From an uncultured Gemmatimonadales bacterium (lineage in GTDB: Bacteria; Gemmatimonadota; Gemmatimonadetes; Longimicrobiales; RSA9): a stretch of 64,000 nucleotides of DNA. The stretch spans positions 160,001 to 224,000 of the forward strand of contig CAWCRS010000007.1 of assembly GCA_963798085.1 (NCBI GenBank), read 5' to 3'. The notes beneath the pieces were generated by a model. The model was given only the letters and a program-made list of their open reading frames with translations, did no database searches and was not told where the DNA came from. The position numbers were made by a program, and so were the translations under genes. This document shows, piece by piece, positions 27,750 through 38,401 of the stretch. Position 1 is the stretch's first letter, and each line of letters begins with the position of its first letter.

Positions 27750-29902
27750 ATGCACACCACCGCACGCAACGTCCTGCTGGCCGTTTCATTCCTGTCGCTC
27801 GCGGCGCCGCTCGGCGCGCAGAGCATTCGCGGCTTTCCTGACGCCATGCTGGCCGCGCAACGGCAGCGCGAGCAGAGCGCGAAAGCGGTGCCCAATGCCG
27901 ACACGCTGCGCGCGCGCCTGCTGCTGCTTTCCGAGGACCCGCACCACGCGGGCAGTGCCAATTCCCGCCATGTCGCCGATCTCATACTCGCGCGCTTCCA
28001 GTCGTTCGGGCTGGATGCGAAGCTCGAGCGCTTCGAAGCGCTCATGCCCACGCCCACACTGCGCGCCGTCGAGCTGATCGCGCCCGAACACTACACAGCG
28101 AGGCTCGCCGAGCCGCCGATCCCCGAAGACAAGGATTCGAACGACGCCGGACAGCTGCCCACGTACAACGCGTACTCACCCGACGGTGACGTGACGGGCG
28201 ATGTCGTCTACGTCAATTACGGCACGCCCGAGGACTACCACATCCTCGACAGCCTGGACATCAGCGTGCGCGGGCGCATTGTGCTGGCGCGCTACGGCCG
28301 CTCCTGGCGAGGCATCAAGCCGAAGGTGGCGGCAGAGCATGGCGCCATCGCCTGCATCATCTATTCGGATCCGCGCGATGACGGATTCTGGACCAATGAC
28401 GTCTATCCGAAGGGGCCCATGCGCAACGAGCAGGGCGTGCAGCGCGGCAGCGTCATGGATATGCCGCGTTATCCTGGCGATCCGCTGTCGCCCGGCTGGG
28501 CGTCGGAGGACGGGTGCGCGCAAACTCGCCATGAGCGAGGTCACCACGATCTCGCCCATTCCCGTGCTGCCGCTCTCCTATGGTGATGCGCTGCCCATCC
28601 TGCGCGACCTCGCGGGACCCGTCGTGCCCGACCCCATGAAGGGCGCGCTGGCCACCACCTATCATTTCGGTCCCGGACCCGCGCGCGTGCACGTCGCGCT
28701 GAAGTTCGACTGGCAGACGCGGCCGCTGTGGGACGTGATTGTCCGCATTCCCGGGCACGCGCTGGCCCGACCAGTGGGTCGTCTTCGGCAATCACCACAA
28801 TGCCTGGGTCAACGGTGCGGAGGATCCGCTCTCCGGCATGGTCGCGCTCGAGGAAATGGGCGCTCGCTGGCTACACTGCTCAAGACCGGCTGGCGCCCGG
28901 AACGCACCATCGTGCTGGCGGCGTGGGACGGCGAAGAGTGGGGACTGCTCGGCTCCACCGAGTGGGCCGAGAAACATGCCGATGAACTGCAGCAGAAAGC
29001 CGTCGCCTACATCAACAGTGACACCAACAACCGCGGCTGGTTGAGTGCGATCGGGCTCGCATTCGCTCGAGGAATTCGTGCGCGAGATTGCGCGCGACGT
29101 CCGGATCCGGAGAGCGGCAGCAGCGTGCTCGATGCCTGGCTCGCGCACCAGCGCGCGAGTCGCAGGTCCCGATCGCGACACGACTGGGCGATCGGCGCCC
29201 TCGGTTCCGGCTCCGATTACACGGCCTTCATTGACCACCTCGGCCTGGCCTCGCTCAGTCTCTCCTATGGCGGCGATGCCAATGCGGGCATCTATCATTC
29301 GATCTACGACTCGTTCTACCACTACACGCATTCATGGACACCACGTTCATGTACGGCGTGACGCAGTCGCAGTACGACGACCACCGCCGCGCTGCGTCTC
29401 GCCACGCGCCCGTGCTGCCGTTCGAGTTCCAGGCGGTAGCGCGGACCTATGGCAGGTACGTGGACGAGATCGAGAAGGGGCGAAGGCGAAAGCCGCCACC
29501 CACGCGCTCGACCTGAGCGCCGTGCGCGCGGCCGTGGCCAGGGTGCAGGCGGCGGCGGACCACTGGGATGCGGCCAGCATCCGCATCGCCAGCTTTACTG
29601 ATGCGCAGGTGAAGAAGAACGCGCAGCCGCTGGCCGATATTAACCACCTGTTATACAGCACCGAGCGCCTGCTCACGGACACGGCCGGCCTGCCCCAGCG
29701 CGACTGGTTCCGGCACCTGATCTATGCGCCCGGCTTCTACACGGGCTACGGCGTGAAGACCATGCCCGGCATCCGCGAGGCCGTCGAGGATGTGCCCGAC
29801 CTCACCGTGGCCCAGGCACAGGCCGCGCGCGTGGCTGCCGCGCTCGAGCATTACGCTGCGCAGATCGAGCAGGCAGCGCAGGCGCTGAACGCATTGCAGT
29901 AG
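27750..29902 (+). CDS. M28 glutamate carboxypeptidase II / transferrin-receptor-like peptidase (several frameshifts)
   Basis: PHHAGS, PA domain VVYVNYG...RGIKPK, VQRGSV, WDGEEWGLLGSTEW, GSGSDY, YHSIYD, TfR dimerisation tail WFRHLIYAPG. Spread over five ORFs. Confidence 0.9.
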
Positions 29903-30075
29903 GGATGCGGGGAGTCAGCAACAATTTGCCCCGATGGTGATCAGCGCTCTGAGACAACTCGAGCGACTTTCTGGCGACGACAGTACATAATTGCGCGCCA
30001 GCCTGGGAGTGAGTCGAGGTGATGCCAATTTCTTAACAACGAGTGGCACGACGGAGGACCATGGAAAAAATGCGG

Positions 30076-31065
30076 TTAGATGGGCTCGCTGGGCGCAAAC
30101 ATGCCGCTGTAGCCATCGGCTTTTTTCGTCAATGCCGAGCGGAACACCTGGACCAATCCCAGCGCACGACGTTCCCGTGCACCGACGAATGCCAACTTCG
30201 GGTAGCGAACGATGCACGCTGCAACCTTCGCGTCAACAGGTTGATCCCACAGTGCCCAAGTAAACGTCCCGGCTTTGCGTCGCCCTTCGCAGGCAGTTGT
30301 CTCAAGTTCACCCGCGCCCCCAGCCACGGGAAAGAAGACGAGGCCACGGAAGGCCAGCCACTCGGCAGCAGTGTGGTAGGCGGATTTGTGGTTGGCGTAG
30401 AGGGCGCCCGGAGCATCGGCTCCAACATCCCAGTCAAGCGTACGCGAACCCTCGGGATTGGCTGCGCTCACCTCGAGTTCCAGCCTGATGCCCTCTAGCG
30501 TTAGCTGCGACCGAACCTCCTCGACCTGTTCCAGGAAGTGCGCGTTGCGGCTCGTGAAGTCAAAGAACGTAGGTTTCGTCACGCGATCGAGCGCAGCAGT
30601 GGCGTCGAATGGCAGGCCATTTGCCAACAGGACATTGGCGTTCAATACCTTCTTGGGGTCTGCCGGCTCGCTGGCTAGCTCGTACGTCAGCGCCGCTGCG
30701 TAAGCAAGCACCTCATAGTCCTGCCGTCGCAACTCCTCCTTCAGCCATTGCCGAAGCACGGCGATCGGGGCGCTGAGCGCACCGACCAGCTTGATGCCTT
30801 TCTTCTCGAGTTTCGGATACCGGAAGCACAGGAGTGGCGACCGGGCCCACCGAAGGGCGTCGTCATACACGATCCTCGATAATTCGTCGAAGGTGACGAT
30901 TCCGTTCAGGACCGGATTCCATCGGTTCTCGAAACGCCAAGAGAGACGTGGCTGCTCGTGGGCACCTGGCGCGTCGCTCACGACGGTCAACAAACCAAGC
31001 GCGGCCAGGTAACCCAGCGGCGTTGAACCGTCGAGGCCGGTGACTGTCAGTGTGCGGTCATTCAT
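30076..31065 (-). CDS. cas8g2: Type I-G large subunit Cas8g2 (Csb3)
   Basis: MNDRTLTVTGLDGSTPLGYLAALGLL...PRLSW, EWLAFRGLVFFPV, FTWALW; about 329 aa, overlapping the end of cas3. Confidence 0.8.
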   Translation of the reverse strand: MNDRTLTVTGLDGSTPLGYLAALGLLTVVSDAPGAHEQPRLSWRFENRWNPVLNGIVTFDELSRIVYDDALRWARSPLLCFRYPKLEKKGIKLVGALSAPIAVLRQWLKEELRRQDYEVLAYAAALTYELASEPADPKKVLNANVLLANGLPFDATAALDRVTKPTFFDFTSRNAHFLEQVEEVRSQLTLEGIRLELEVSAANPEGSRTLDWDVGADAPGALYANHKSAYHTAAEWLAFRGLVFFPVAGGAGELETTACEGRRKAGTFTWALWDQPVDAKVAACIVRYPKLAFVGARERRALGLVQVFRSALTKKADGYSGMFAPSEPI

Positions 31066-34000
31066 CGGTCTCCTCGTCCTCGCTGGCGCAATGATCAGCC
31101 AGACGGAGGATTGCTTCCATCCAAGCCAAACGCCACCAACCGTGGCGTCGGGTAAGTCGCCAGAATCGCTCGGCTGTTCCGGATCCCATGCGCACCAGAC
31201 CGTGTGCGGTGGAGCCCTGCAGGTCAATACCGTCGAATGCGTAATTGACGGCAAGCGCGACATCATCCAGCGCAAGTGGAGGGAATGGCCGGCAGTAGCC
31301 GTGATGTGATGCAATCAGAATGCAGCACGAGATCCAGGTCGCGGACTCGATCTCTCACGGCGGGTGCGGCACTCGCGAGCGCCGTGGAGAGGAGTTCGTG
31401 ACGGGCCATCATCGGGTACCCGGATTGCTCACGAGCGCGCTTTCGGCCCGCAGAATCACCGGAAGGCATCCCGGACTTGGCCAGCGGGCCGCGGGCCATG
31501 GCAAGTGCCAGTTCGTCAGCCTCATGCAGCAGCAACTGAAAGCGCGGATCGATCTTTCCCACATCATGCATTGCCGCGGCGATCGCCACGTCACGAACGG
31601 TGTCTTCATCAAGGCCGAGGTTTCGCGCGAAAGACTCGGCGTACGCCCGAACATCTGTCAGGTGACGGTCCAGCGCGACCGCCTTGCCGGACGCAGTACC
31701 GACGTCGCCGTCGGTTACGGATTCCAGCCCGCAGAGCTGGCTTTCCCACAATGGCTGCCTGAGAACGCGCAGCGCGACATTCGGCACATGCCCGAGCGCC
31801 ACGCTTGCGCGCCAGGTCGGCTGGGAAATGCCAGGCGCACATCGGATGGGGATTCGCACGATGCGTCGACGTGCCCGCATTGTTGCACCTAACGCGATCC
31901 TTGCCCAATCGGGGATTTTCTGAGTGAGCAACTCGCTGGCCCAGTCGTCGTACGCAGCACGCTCGAGTTCGCGTTGCGACGCTTCAGGATCGATCTCGAT
32001 TCGCGGCCCACGGCGGCCCGAGTTCCACGTCACGACCACACGCTCATCCCAACGCACCGTCGCGCGTCCGCAATGGAGGAGTTGCGCCTCATCGCCGCGA
32101 TCCGGCACTACCGACCTTGCCGTCGGGTCCCAATTCTCGCGACTGACACCACCGTACTCGGCAGGCACCACAAGCGTTGCGCCAGGGGTTAGTTGTGTGG
32201 GTCGCGTGACTACTGTTGCGCGCTCATTCTTCCACAACACGGCAGGGGCAATCGCGTCCCCGCGCTCTTCGCCGCTCTCACCAGCCACTTCTTGGACGCC
32301 TTCCACATCCGCGACGGCAGTGACTGCAGTCGGTTCCGTAGCGCCTGTTGAGCGGGCACGCAACCACGCACGCACCGCACCGATCGGGATGGACATGGCT
32401 TCGAGGGGGCTCGGAGGACAAGCTGTCAGGATGTCCGTGATGGTGTGCTCGACATCGTCGAGGGTGTCGGCCACGAGCCAACTGCCTTCAATGTCCGCCC
32501 GCCATACAATCTGCACATCCGCAGTCCTACGGGCGGGCCCGTGCAAAAAGCTGGCGATGTCAGGTTCCACTTCCGGAGTCGGCGACGTCTCCGACCACAA
32601 GTCAATATAGGTTGGCAGCAGAACGGGGGCGGAAACGCGGGGCGACAGGAGCGTCAGGAGACGGTCACAAGGGATCGTGCGAAGCTGTTCTGTCACCGCC
32701 TCCGTTCCCATGTCGATCTGGCCTGATGCTCCGGCTGCCTCCGTCAACCAATGCCACGTGCGTGCTAAGGCGTGGCCATATACCGCATCCTCCGCTGCAT
32801 TCTCCCCATCGTCGATCTGCCCGGAGCCAACAACGATGACCACGCGCGCGGCCCGAAACGAACCGATCCGATCAAGGCGACCGATCCGCTGACGGATTGC
32901 ATCGAGGCTTGCGCATTCAGTCACCATCACGTCGAAATCAAAATCCGCTCCCACTTCGATCGCCTGCGTCGAGACGATCAGGTGTTTCCCCACGTCGCCG
33001 CGAGGGGTGCCGACCTGAATAAGCGGCTCGATCTTGCGCAGCAGATCTCTACGATCGAGAGGACGCATCCGGCCCGTAATGAGGTGCACTTTCCAGTCAA
33101 TGAAACGCTCGGCATCCTCCGCGATTCGGCGTGCCGTGTCCACGCGATTGACGATGATCGCCATGCGACGTGCATTGCTGACCTCTTCAAGGAGCTTCCG
33201 GGCCTCGCGGACGCAGGCTCCGGCCAGCCGTTCCCGAGCCTTCGATTCGTTTTTCGGCGTCTCCACCAGGCGCAGTGTCGCTGGTTTCGTGGCTCCGAGT
33301 CGCGGGGCGAGAGTGGCGTCGTTGCGATCGGCACGATCCAGGGAGAATATCGTGCCTTCCGCCGATCCGGGCGTCGCCGACATCGAGACACATGCGAAAC
33401 GCCTTGCACCCTGGGCTTCGTCGCGTAGCGAGGTTGCGAGTGTATCAACCGCAAGGAGCGTCTCGTGGAACGCGCGTGAAAGATGTACCTCATCGAGCAG
33501 GTAAAGGACATCCTCGCCGAGCAGACCGGCGTGCACGGGCCGCATTGAATCGGAGACCCGTACCCGCGGAACAGCAGGCGGGAACCAACCTGATCGACGG
33601 TGGACACGAGGATCCAGGGTCGGTCCGGACGCTGGGCCCAGTCAGTGTCGCGCGGCATGCCTCCCCGCAGGAGCAATGCCCCCAGCGGCGGACCAGCAGT
33701 CCCATGACACAGCGCGAGCAGTTGTTGCGCCACGCTCGCGAGTACGCCATCGCGTGCGTCGGCAAGCGCTGATACGATCCTGCTGGCGCGCGCGTACGCC
33801 TGATCGACAACGATTCGTCGATCAATGACAAACACTGTGCGCAATGGTGCGCGACGCACACTAGGCGGGTGCCAGGCTTCCAGCGCGAGCGCGAACACCG
33901 CGACCTCGAGGACGGATGTCTTCCTCGATGCCGTTGGCAGGTCCAGTGTTGCTGGCCAACCCTCGCGCACGACCTGCTCTAGGAGACGCTGCTGCCAGGG

Positions 34001-34071
34001 GAAGGGCGCATGGTCGTTAATGGCTCGGAAGAAGGCCGCGAAGTGCGAGGGCGGTCGGGCATTGCATTCAT
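31058..34071 (-). CDS. cas3: Type I-G Cas3: helicase with C-terminal HD nuclease (about 3 frameshifts)
   Basis: PFPWQQRL, LPTASRKT, VIDRRIVVDQ, STVDQVGSRLLFRGYG, LLDEVH, STQAIEVGAD, QRIGRLDR, HL...MHDVGK, RHE, HHG, LRLAD. Shifts near 34055, 33550 and 31315. Confidence 0.93.
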
Positions 34072-35732
34072 GCGAACGTCCGTGTAACGGGCCTTAACAG
34101 CCCCACTCCCTGATACCTGCCAGCTCCCACCAGCAGAGGCCCTTCCACCGCCTCCTCGAAAAGCAGTTCCGCATGGACGCACACGCGGCGCAGTGCATCT
34201 TCCTTTCGCGGAAAGGGTGCGAACGCCCAAGCTCCGGGTGCTCCTGGAAACACCGACCGATCGTATGTCTGGACCTGGGCAGGACGCGGCAGACCGATTC
34301 GCTCGCATGCACGCGCAATGATATCCTGCGCCGCCGCAGCCGCGGTTTCGGCAACACGAGGATCTCTCGCATTGAGATTCCCCGGGTTCCTGTCGAGTGC
34401 AATCGGTGTTACCGTTGCCCAATGTCGGCCCGGGCCGCACCACGAACCCGGCTGAAGCGTCGAGCGGTCCTCGACGGCTCGCACCCGCTCGAGCCACAGC
34501 ACACCGCTCCTTTCCAACCGCAAAGGAAGCGCTTCCCCGCTTTCCTGCTCCCACACCCCAATTGCTCGCAGCAGCGCATGGTGCTCGTCTGATATGAATG
34601 CACGGGGCAGTACGATCGCAATGCCAAGCACGCTCCCAGAAGAATGTTCATGCACGACGTCGGCAAGAGGCACCCATGCAGCATGCGAACGCTCAAGCGG
34701 TTTTCCATCCGGCGTGTGGCCTGTGATCAAGGCAGGCGGTGGGTCATCCGCATACCGCATCAATGTGCGACGCAGTGCCCGAGCGATATCCGGCGCACGT
34801 GTCAGACGCAACTCCGTCCGTCCGTGATTGGCAGGCACAACGCGAAAGACGATCCATTTGGACCCAAAAACGGATCGCGGCGACGCCGTGGGCTGCCTGC
34901 GGACGAAGCTACCGTACCGCTGATATGCGCACGGCAGTATACGCGGTTCGACCGCGGCATGATTCCGAAATGCAGCTGCAAGACGCTCGCGCTGGCCTTT
35001 CGCCACTGTGCGCAGCACTAGGTCACCCTCCTCGGCAGGTACCCAGCGTGTGCGCGTGTCCGTGTCATCAGGAGGGCCGTCCACCAACGCGCACGCGACC
35101 ATGCTGCTGGAGTGGCCCAGCCGGTGCACACGCGACAGCACCAGGGCAAGCGCGGCGCGGACGTCTGCCGCCGGACTGGCCTCCGGCCAAACGAACGAGA
35201 CGGATGCGGACGCAGGTCTCACCGAAGGGAACCAGCGTGGCTGTCGGGTGCGGCGCGACGGAAGCAACCTTGCTGCGGCCTCGACGGCGCTGGCATCGCC
35301 GGTCTCTGTGTATGCGGCGTCCCGTTCGAACGCTTTCCGGTATCTGTTCTCGTTAGTCGTCAACTGCTTGCTGGCCGCGCGGATACTCCGGGTGTCGCCC
35401 TCCAACCGTGCGGCAGCCACCAGCTCTCGCGCACACTCGAGTTCAACGAATGCATCGTGCGTACGGGAAAGCAGGCTGCGGCCAATGTCCGGCACGTAGA
35501 ATGGCGGAACCGCGCGCGCGGCGGCCCTCGCCGCGAGGACCTCAGGGTTTCCTGCATCGCTCAACCAGTCCAGAGCCCGCGCGACACTGTCGCCAAGTTC
35601 ATCCTCCGCCCACAGAGCTACCAGGGTGGAATACAGTCTGGCCGGATGCGGGGGCCATTCTGCCTTCCGCCGGTCATTGAAGCTGGAGGCGACATAGCGC
35701 CCGGTCAGAAGCTCGACGTCAATTCTCATCAT
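34068..35732 (-). CDS. csb2: Type I-G Csb2 (Cas5-Cas6 fusion)
   Basis: EWPPHPARLYSTLVA, LGHSSS, WATVTPIALDR, C-terminal glycine loop GPLLVGAGRYQGVGL. Confidence 0.93.
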   Translation of the reverse strand: MMRIDVELLTGRYVASSFNDRRKAEWPPHPARLYSTLVALWAEDELGDSVARALDWLSDAGNPEVLAARAAARAVPPFYVPDIGRSLLSRTHDAFVELECARELVAAARLEGDTRSIRAASKQLTTNENRYRKAFERDAAYTETGDASAVEAAARLLPSRRTRQPRWFPSVRPASASVSFVWPEASPAADVRAALALVLSRVHRLGHSSSMVACALVDGPPDDTDTRTRWVPAEEGDLVLRTVAKGQRERLAAAFRNHAAVEPRILPCAYQRYGSFVRRQPTASPRSVFGSKWIVFRVVPANHGRTELRLTRAPDIARALRRTLMRYADDPPPALITGHTPDGKPLERSHAAWVPLADVVHEHSSGSVLGIAIVLPRAFISDEHHALLRAIGVWEQESGEALPLRLERSGVLWLERVRAVEDRSTLQPGSWCGPGRHWATVTPIALDRNPGNLNARDPRVAETAAAAAQDIIARACERIGLPRPAQVQTYDRSVFPGAPGAWAFAPFPRKEDALRRVCVHAELLFEEAVEGPLLVGAGRYQGVGLLRPVTRTFA

Positions 35733-37054
35733 TGCCGGCATCCGTATCGGCGGCGACGGAAAGCTCGCGGCTTCGTCGGATCAGCGCGACCAGCTTCGGC
35801 ATGGGCTTCAGGTCGATCGGTTCTGTAGTCCAACCCATGTGCACACGTTCGGCCTCGTGTGTCGCGTGTAGCACTAGTTCGCGGGCCGCGCCCAAGCCCA
35901 AGGTGTAGGTTACGGGCGCCGATCCGTCCGCTGAGACCAGCTCAAGAATCGGTGGCCGCACCGGTCGCAATGCACAGCGAGAGCGCAGGTCATAGCCGTC
36001 GCGCTGGGAGTAGGACACCGCTGCCAAGGCGAGCGCCGCCAGTGCCGTGCGCGCTGCCATTTCCGCCTCCGACCGTTTGCCGTCCAGGAATGTGCCGCTG
36101 GTGGCCTGCTGGAAGCGCAGCCGGCGGAGGGCAGGAAGGGACAGGACGACTGTCTGTTCCGCGTAGTCGATAGTCACGCCTCCCGCGAGGAAATCGATAT
36201 TCGGTTTGACGTTACCGTGGTTGATCACCGCAGGTGTCCCAGCCTTCTCACCGCCTCGTTTGAGCGGCACTGGCTTGCCCTTCTCCCTGCGTGCCCGCTC
36301 CGGATCCAGCGTCCAGTCTTCCGACGCATCTAGCGCCTCATAGATCATTGTTTTCTCAATACCGGTCGGGTCAATTCGACTTGCCGTCCGCGCACCGAGT
36401 TCGGCACCCACACCCACGATCTCGCTGACCAACGCACGCTGGAACTTGGACCCCAAACCTCCCTTCGGGCCGGTGGAGTCCCACATGCCGAACACTAGTG
36501 CGGTCGGACACATATCATACAATGCGACCGCATTCGCCATCGAATGCTTCCGTGAAACGTCGGCCCATCTCCGACGCGCGAAAGGGCACGCCGTCAAGCA
36601 GGCTGTCCCTGAGGATGCCGTCAGCCAGCCGGTGCGGCACCTCCAGCACTGACAGGTAACCGTCGCCGCCCAGACTGCTGAGGTCCAGGGCCGGATCCTC
36701 ATGACGCTCGCCCGTGAAATCCACACGCACGAGAGGAATCGGCAGCTCACCGGCCTCCCACGCATTCCGAAGCGCCTCTTCCATGCGATTCGCCTGCGAC
36801 GCAGCCGAGTCCAAGAGCACGCACAAACGCGACACACCGTCGACGCGGCGCCACTCCACAGCGTATTTCGTCTGACGCCCAACGACGGCCGACTGACCCT
36901 CCATTGGCTCAGGAATTCGCACTGTGTCGCCAAACGTCGGCGGGAAGATCTTGTCACCGGGACCACCGACAGGTTCGAGTCTGGTTATTGAGCGGAGGGC
37001 TACCGCGCCGCCTGCGACGGCGGACTTCAACACGTCATGGGTCAGCTCGGACAT
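35719..37054 (-). CDS. csb1: Type I-G Cas7 (Csb1), one frameshift near 36540
   Basis: LEPVGGPGDKIFPPTF, VLLDSAASQANRMEEAL, PHRLADGILRDS, PTALVFGMWDS, SRIDP, LSLPALRRLRF, YDLRSRC. Confidence 0.93.
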
Positions 37055-37427
37055 CGTCGTCGCCTTTCCAATGTGAAGTGATTCGCACAGCATCCGAGAC
37101 AGCTCCAATGTGCTAACAGGGTCTGACACCGCTCCGCACATCGCGCTGCAAGGCTCTGAAGAAGTACAGAAAGCATCCCGACAAGTGTGCTGGGTGTTCC
37201 GTCTGCATCTGGCTGGTTGGTCGCCCAAGCCCCGAAGCGGTGGCCGCATTGAGCAGAAGATCGAACACCTCTCCAGGCGCAGCGCGACCTCCACTATGCC
37301 GCCGAGGCGACTCGCGATCCCGGCCAGGCTGTTAGCCGGCATCGTATTGATCGATTCGTCCGGCAGGATCAGGCCGATTCCCGCGCGGACGAAGTTTGAG
37401 CGGGATCCGCCTTGCTCTGCGCGTCGT

Positions 37428-37808
37428 TCAGCCGTCCAGGGCCTCCTCCACGCCCATTATCCAGACGGCCTCGTCTCGCATGATTCGCAGCCTGCGCGCG
37501 CTATGCTCGAGCGACGCGCGCCACTCGCGCTCGGAATAGAGCAGCAGGTCGACCGGGACCGGGATCCCGCGTGTGTCCCACTCTCTCGCGCGCTCGCCGA
37601 TCGGTGGCAGTTCACCCCGGACGACCACGATCAGGTCGAGGTCGCTGCCCGGACCCCAGTCGCCGTGCGCATAGGAGCCGGTGTAGCCGATCGCCATGAT
37701 GTCAGGATGCTCGCGCTGCGCGCGCTCCGCCCAGCCACGCGCCGCCTCGTGCACGGACGCAGCGTCAGGCCAGGTGTGGACGAACGAATTCGATGATCTG
37801 TCGGGCAT
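37428..37808 (-). CDS. Minimal nucleotidyltransferase (MNT), putative antitoxin
   Basis: GSYAHGDWGPGSDLDLIVVV (GS-x10-DxD) and VDLLLY. Confidence 0.88.
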   Translation of the reverse strand: MPDRSSNSFVHTWPDAASVHEAARGWAERAQREHPDIMAIGYTGSYAHGDWGPGSDLDLIVVVRGELPPIGERAREWDTRGIPVPVDLLLYSEREWRASLEHSARRLRIMRDEAVWIMGVEEALDG

Positions 37809-38154
37809 GACCAACCGCCTGTTCGCTCTGCAGCGGGCCGAAGTGCTCGAACGACGGCCCCTCCGTATACCCATTCGGGTAGCGCGCGGGGATGTAGTAG
37901 TTGTCGAGAACCCTGGCCGCCTCAAGGAGACGAGCAGGTGCGTGGGTCGTGGCCGGCAAGGCGTCCAGCAGCCGCGCGACCACGTGACCCCAGGCTTCCT
38001 GGCGGTGGTGCAGGTGGAGCGATTTCACGGCCTTCTCCGCCGCTTGATGTGCGGCGAAGCACGACCAGTCGTGTCGGCCTGCACGCCGCGAATCCTCCGC
38101 CTGCTCGAGATCGTGCTCCGCCTGGCGAAACCAGTCGCTGGATCGGTTCGGCAC
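37765..38154 (-). CDS. HEPN domain protein
   Basis: WFRQAEHDLEQA...WSCFAAHQAAEKAVK...GH...LDNYYIPARYPN; overlaps the MNT start. Confidence 0.9.
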   Translation of the reverse strand: MPNRSSDWFRQAEHDLEQAEDSRRAGRHDWSCFAAHQAAEKAVKSLHLHHRQEAWGHVVARLLDALPATTHAPARLLEAARVLDNYYIPARYPNGYTEGPSFEHFGPLQSEQAVGHARQIIEFVRPHLA

Positions 38155-38401
38155 CTCGCGAAACTCCGGAGCAGTCAGAAACGGGCGACATCCGCCGCCT
38201 CGTTTTCGAAGTATGACGATCGGGGCTTGCACTGTCCAATCGCGGATCCGGCACGGACCGGATCGTCCCGGCGTCGGCGGCGTCCAGAAGCACTGTTAGC
38301 TGGGCGGTTCGCCACGGACCGCTCAACGAGCGCCGCGTAACTGCCGACGCTTGCGTGCAGGACTCTCGATCAGAAGTCCAACTCCCGGAACGCGATTCGC
38401 C

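Noticed and set aside
30043..30498. Plus-strand ORF with GGAGG-ACC-ATG at 30061
   Set aside because: It is almost entirely antisense to cas8g2, the RBS spacing is short and no motifs are recognisable.
37111..38301. Integron attC sites flanking HEPN-MNT (GCTAAC/GTTAGC cores)
   Set aside because: The spacing of about 225 bp is too long, there are no clear L boxes, and no integrase is in the window.
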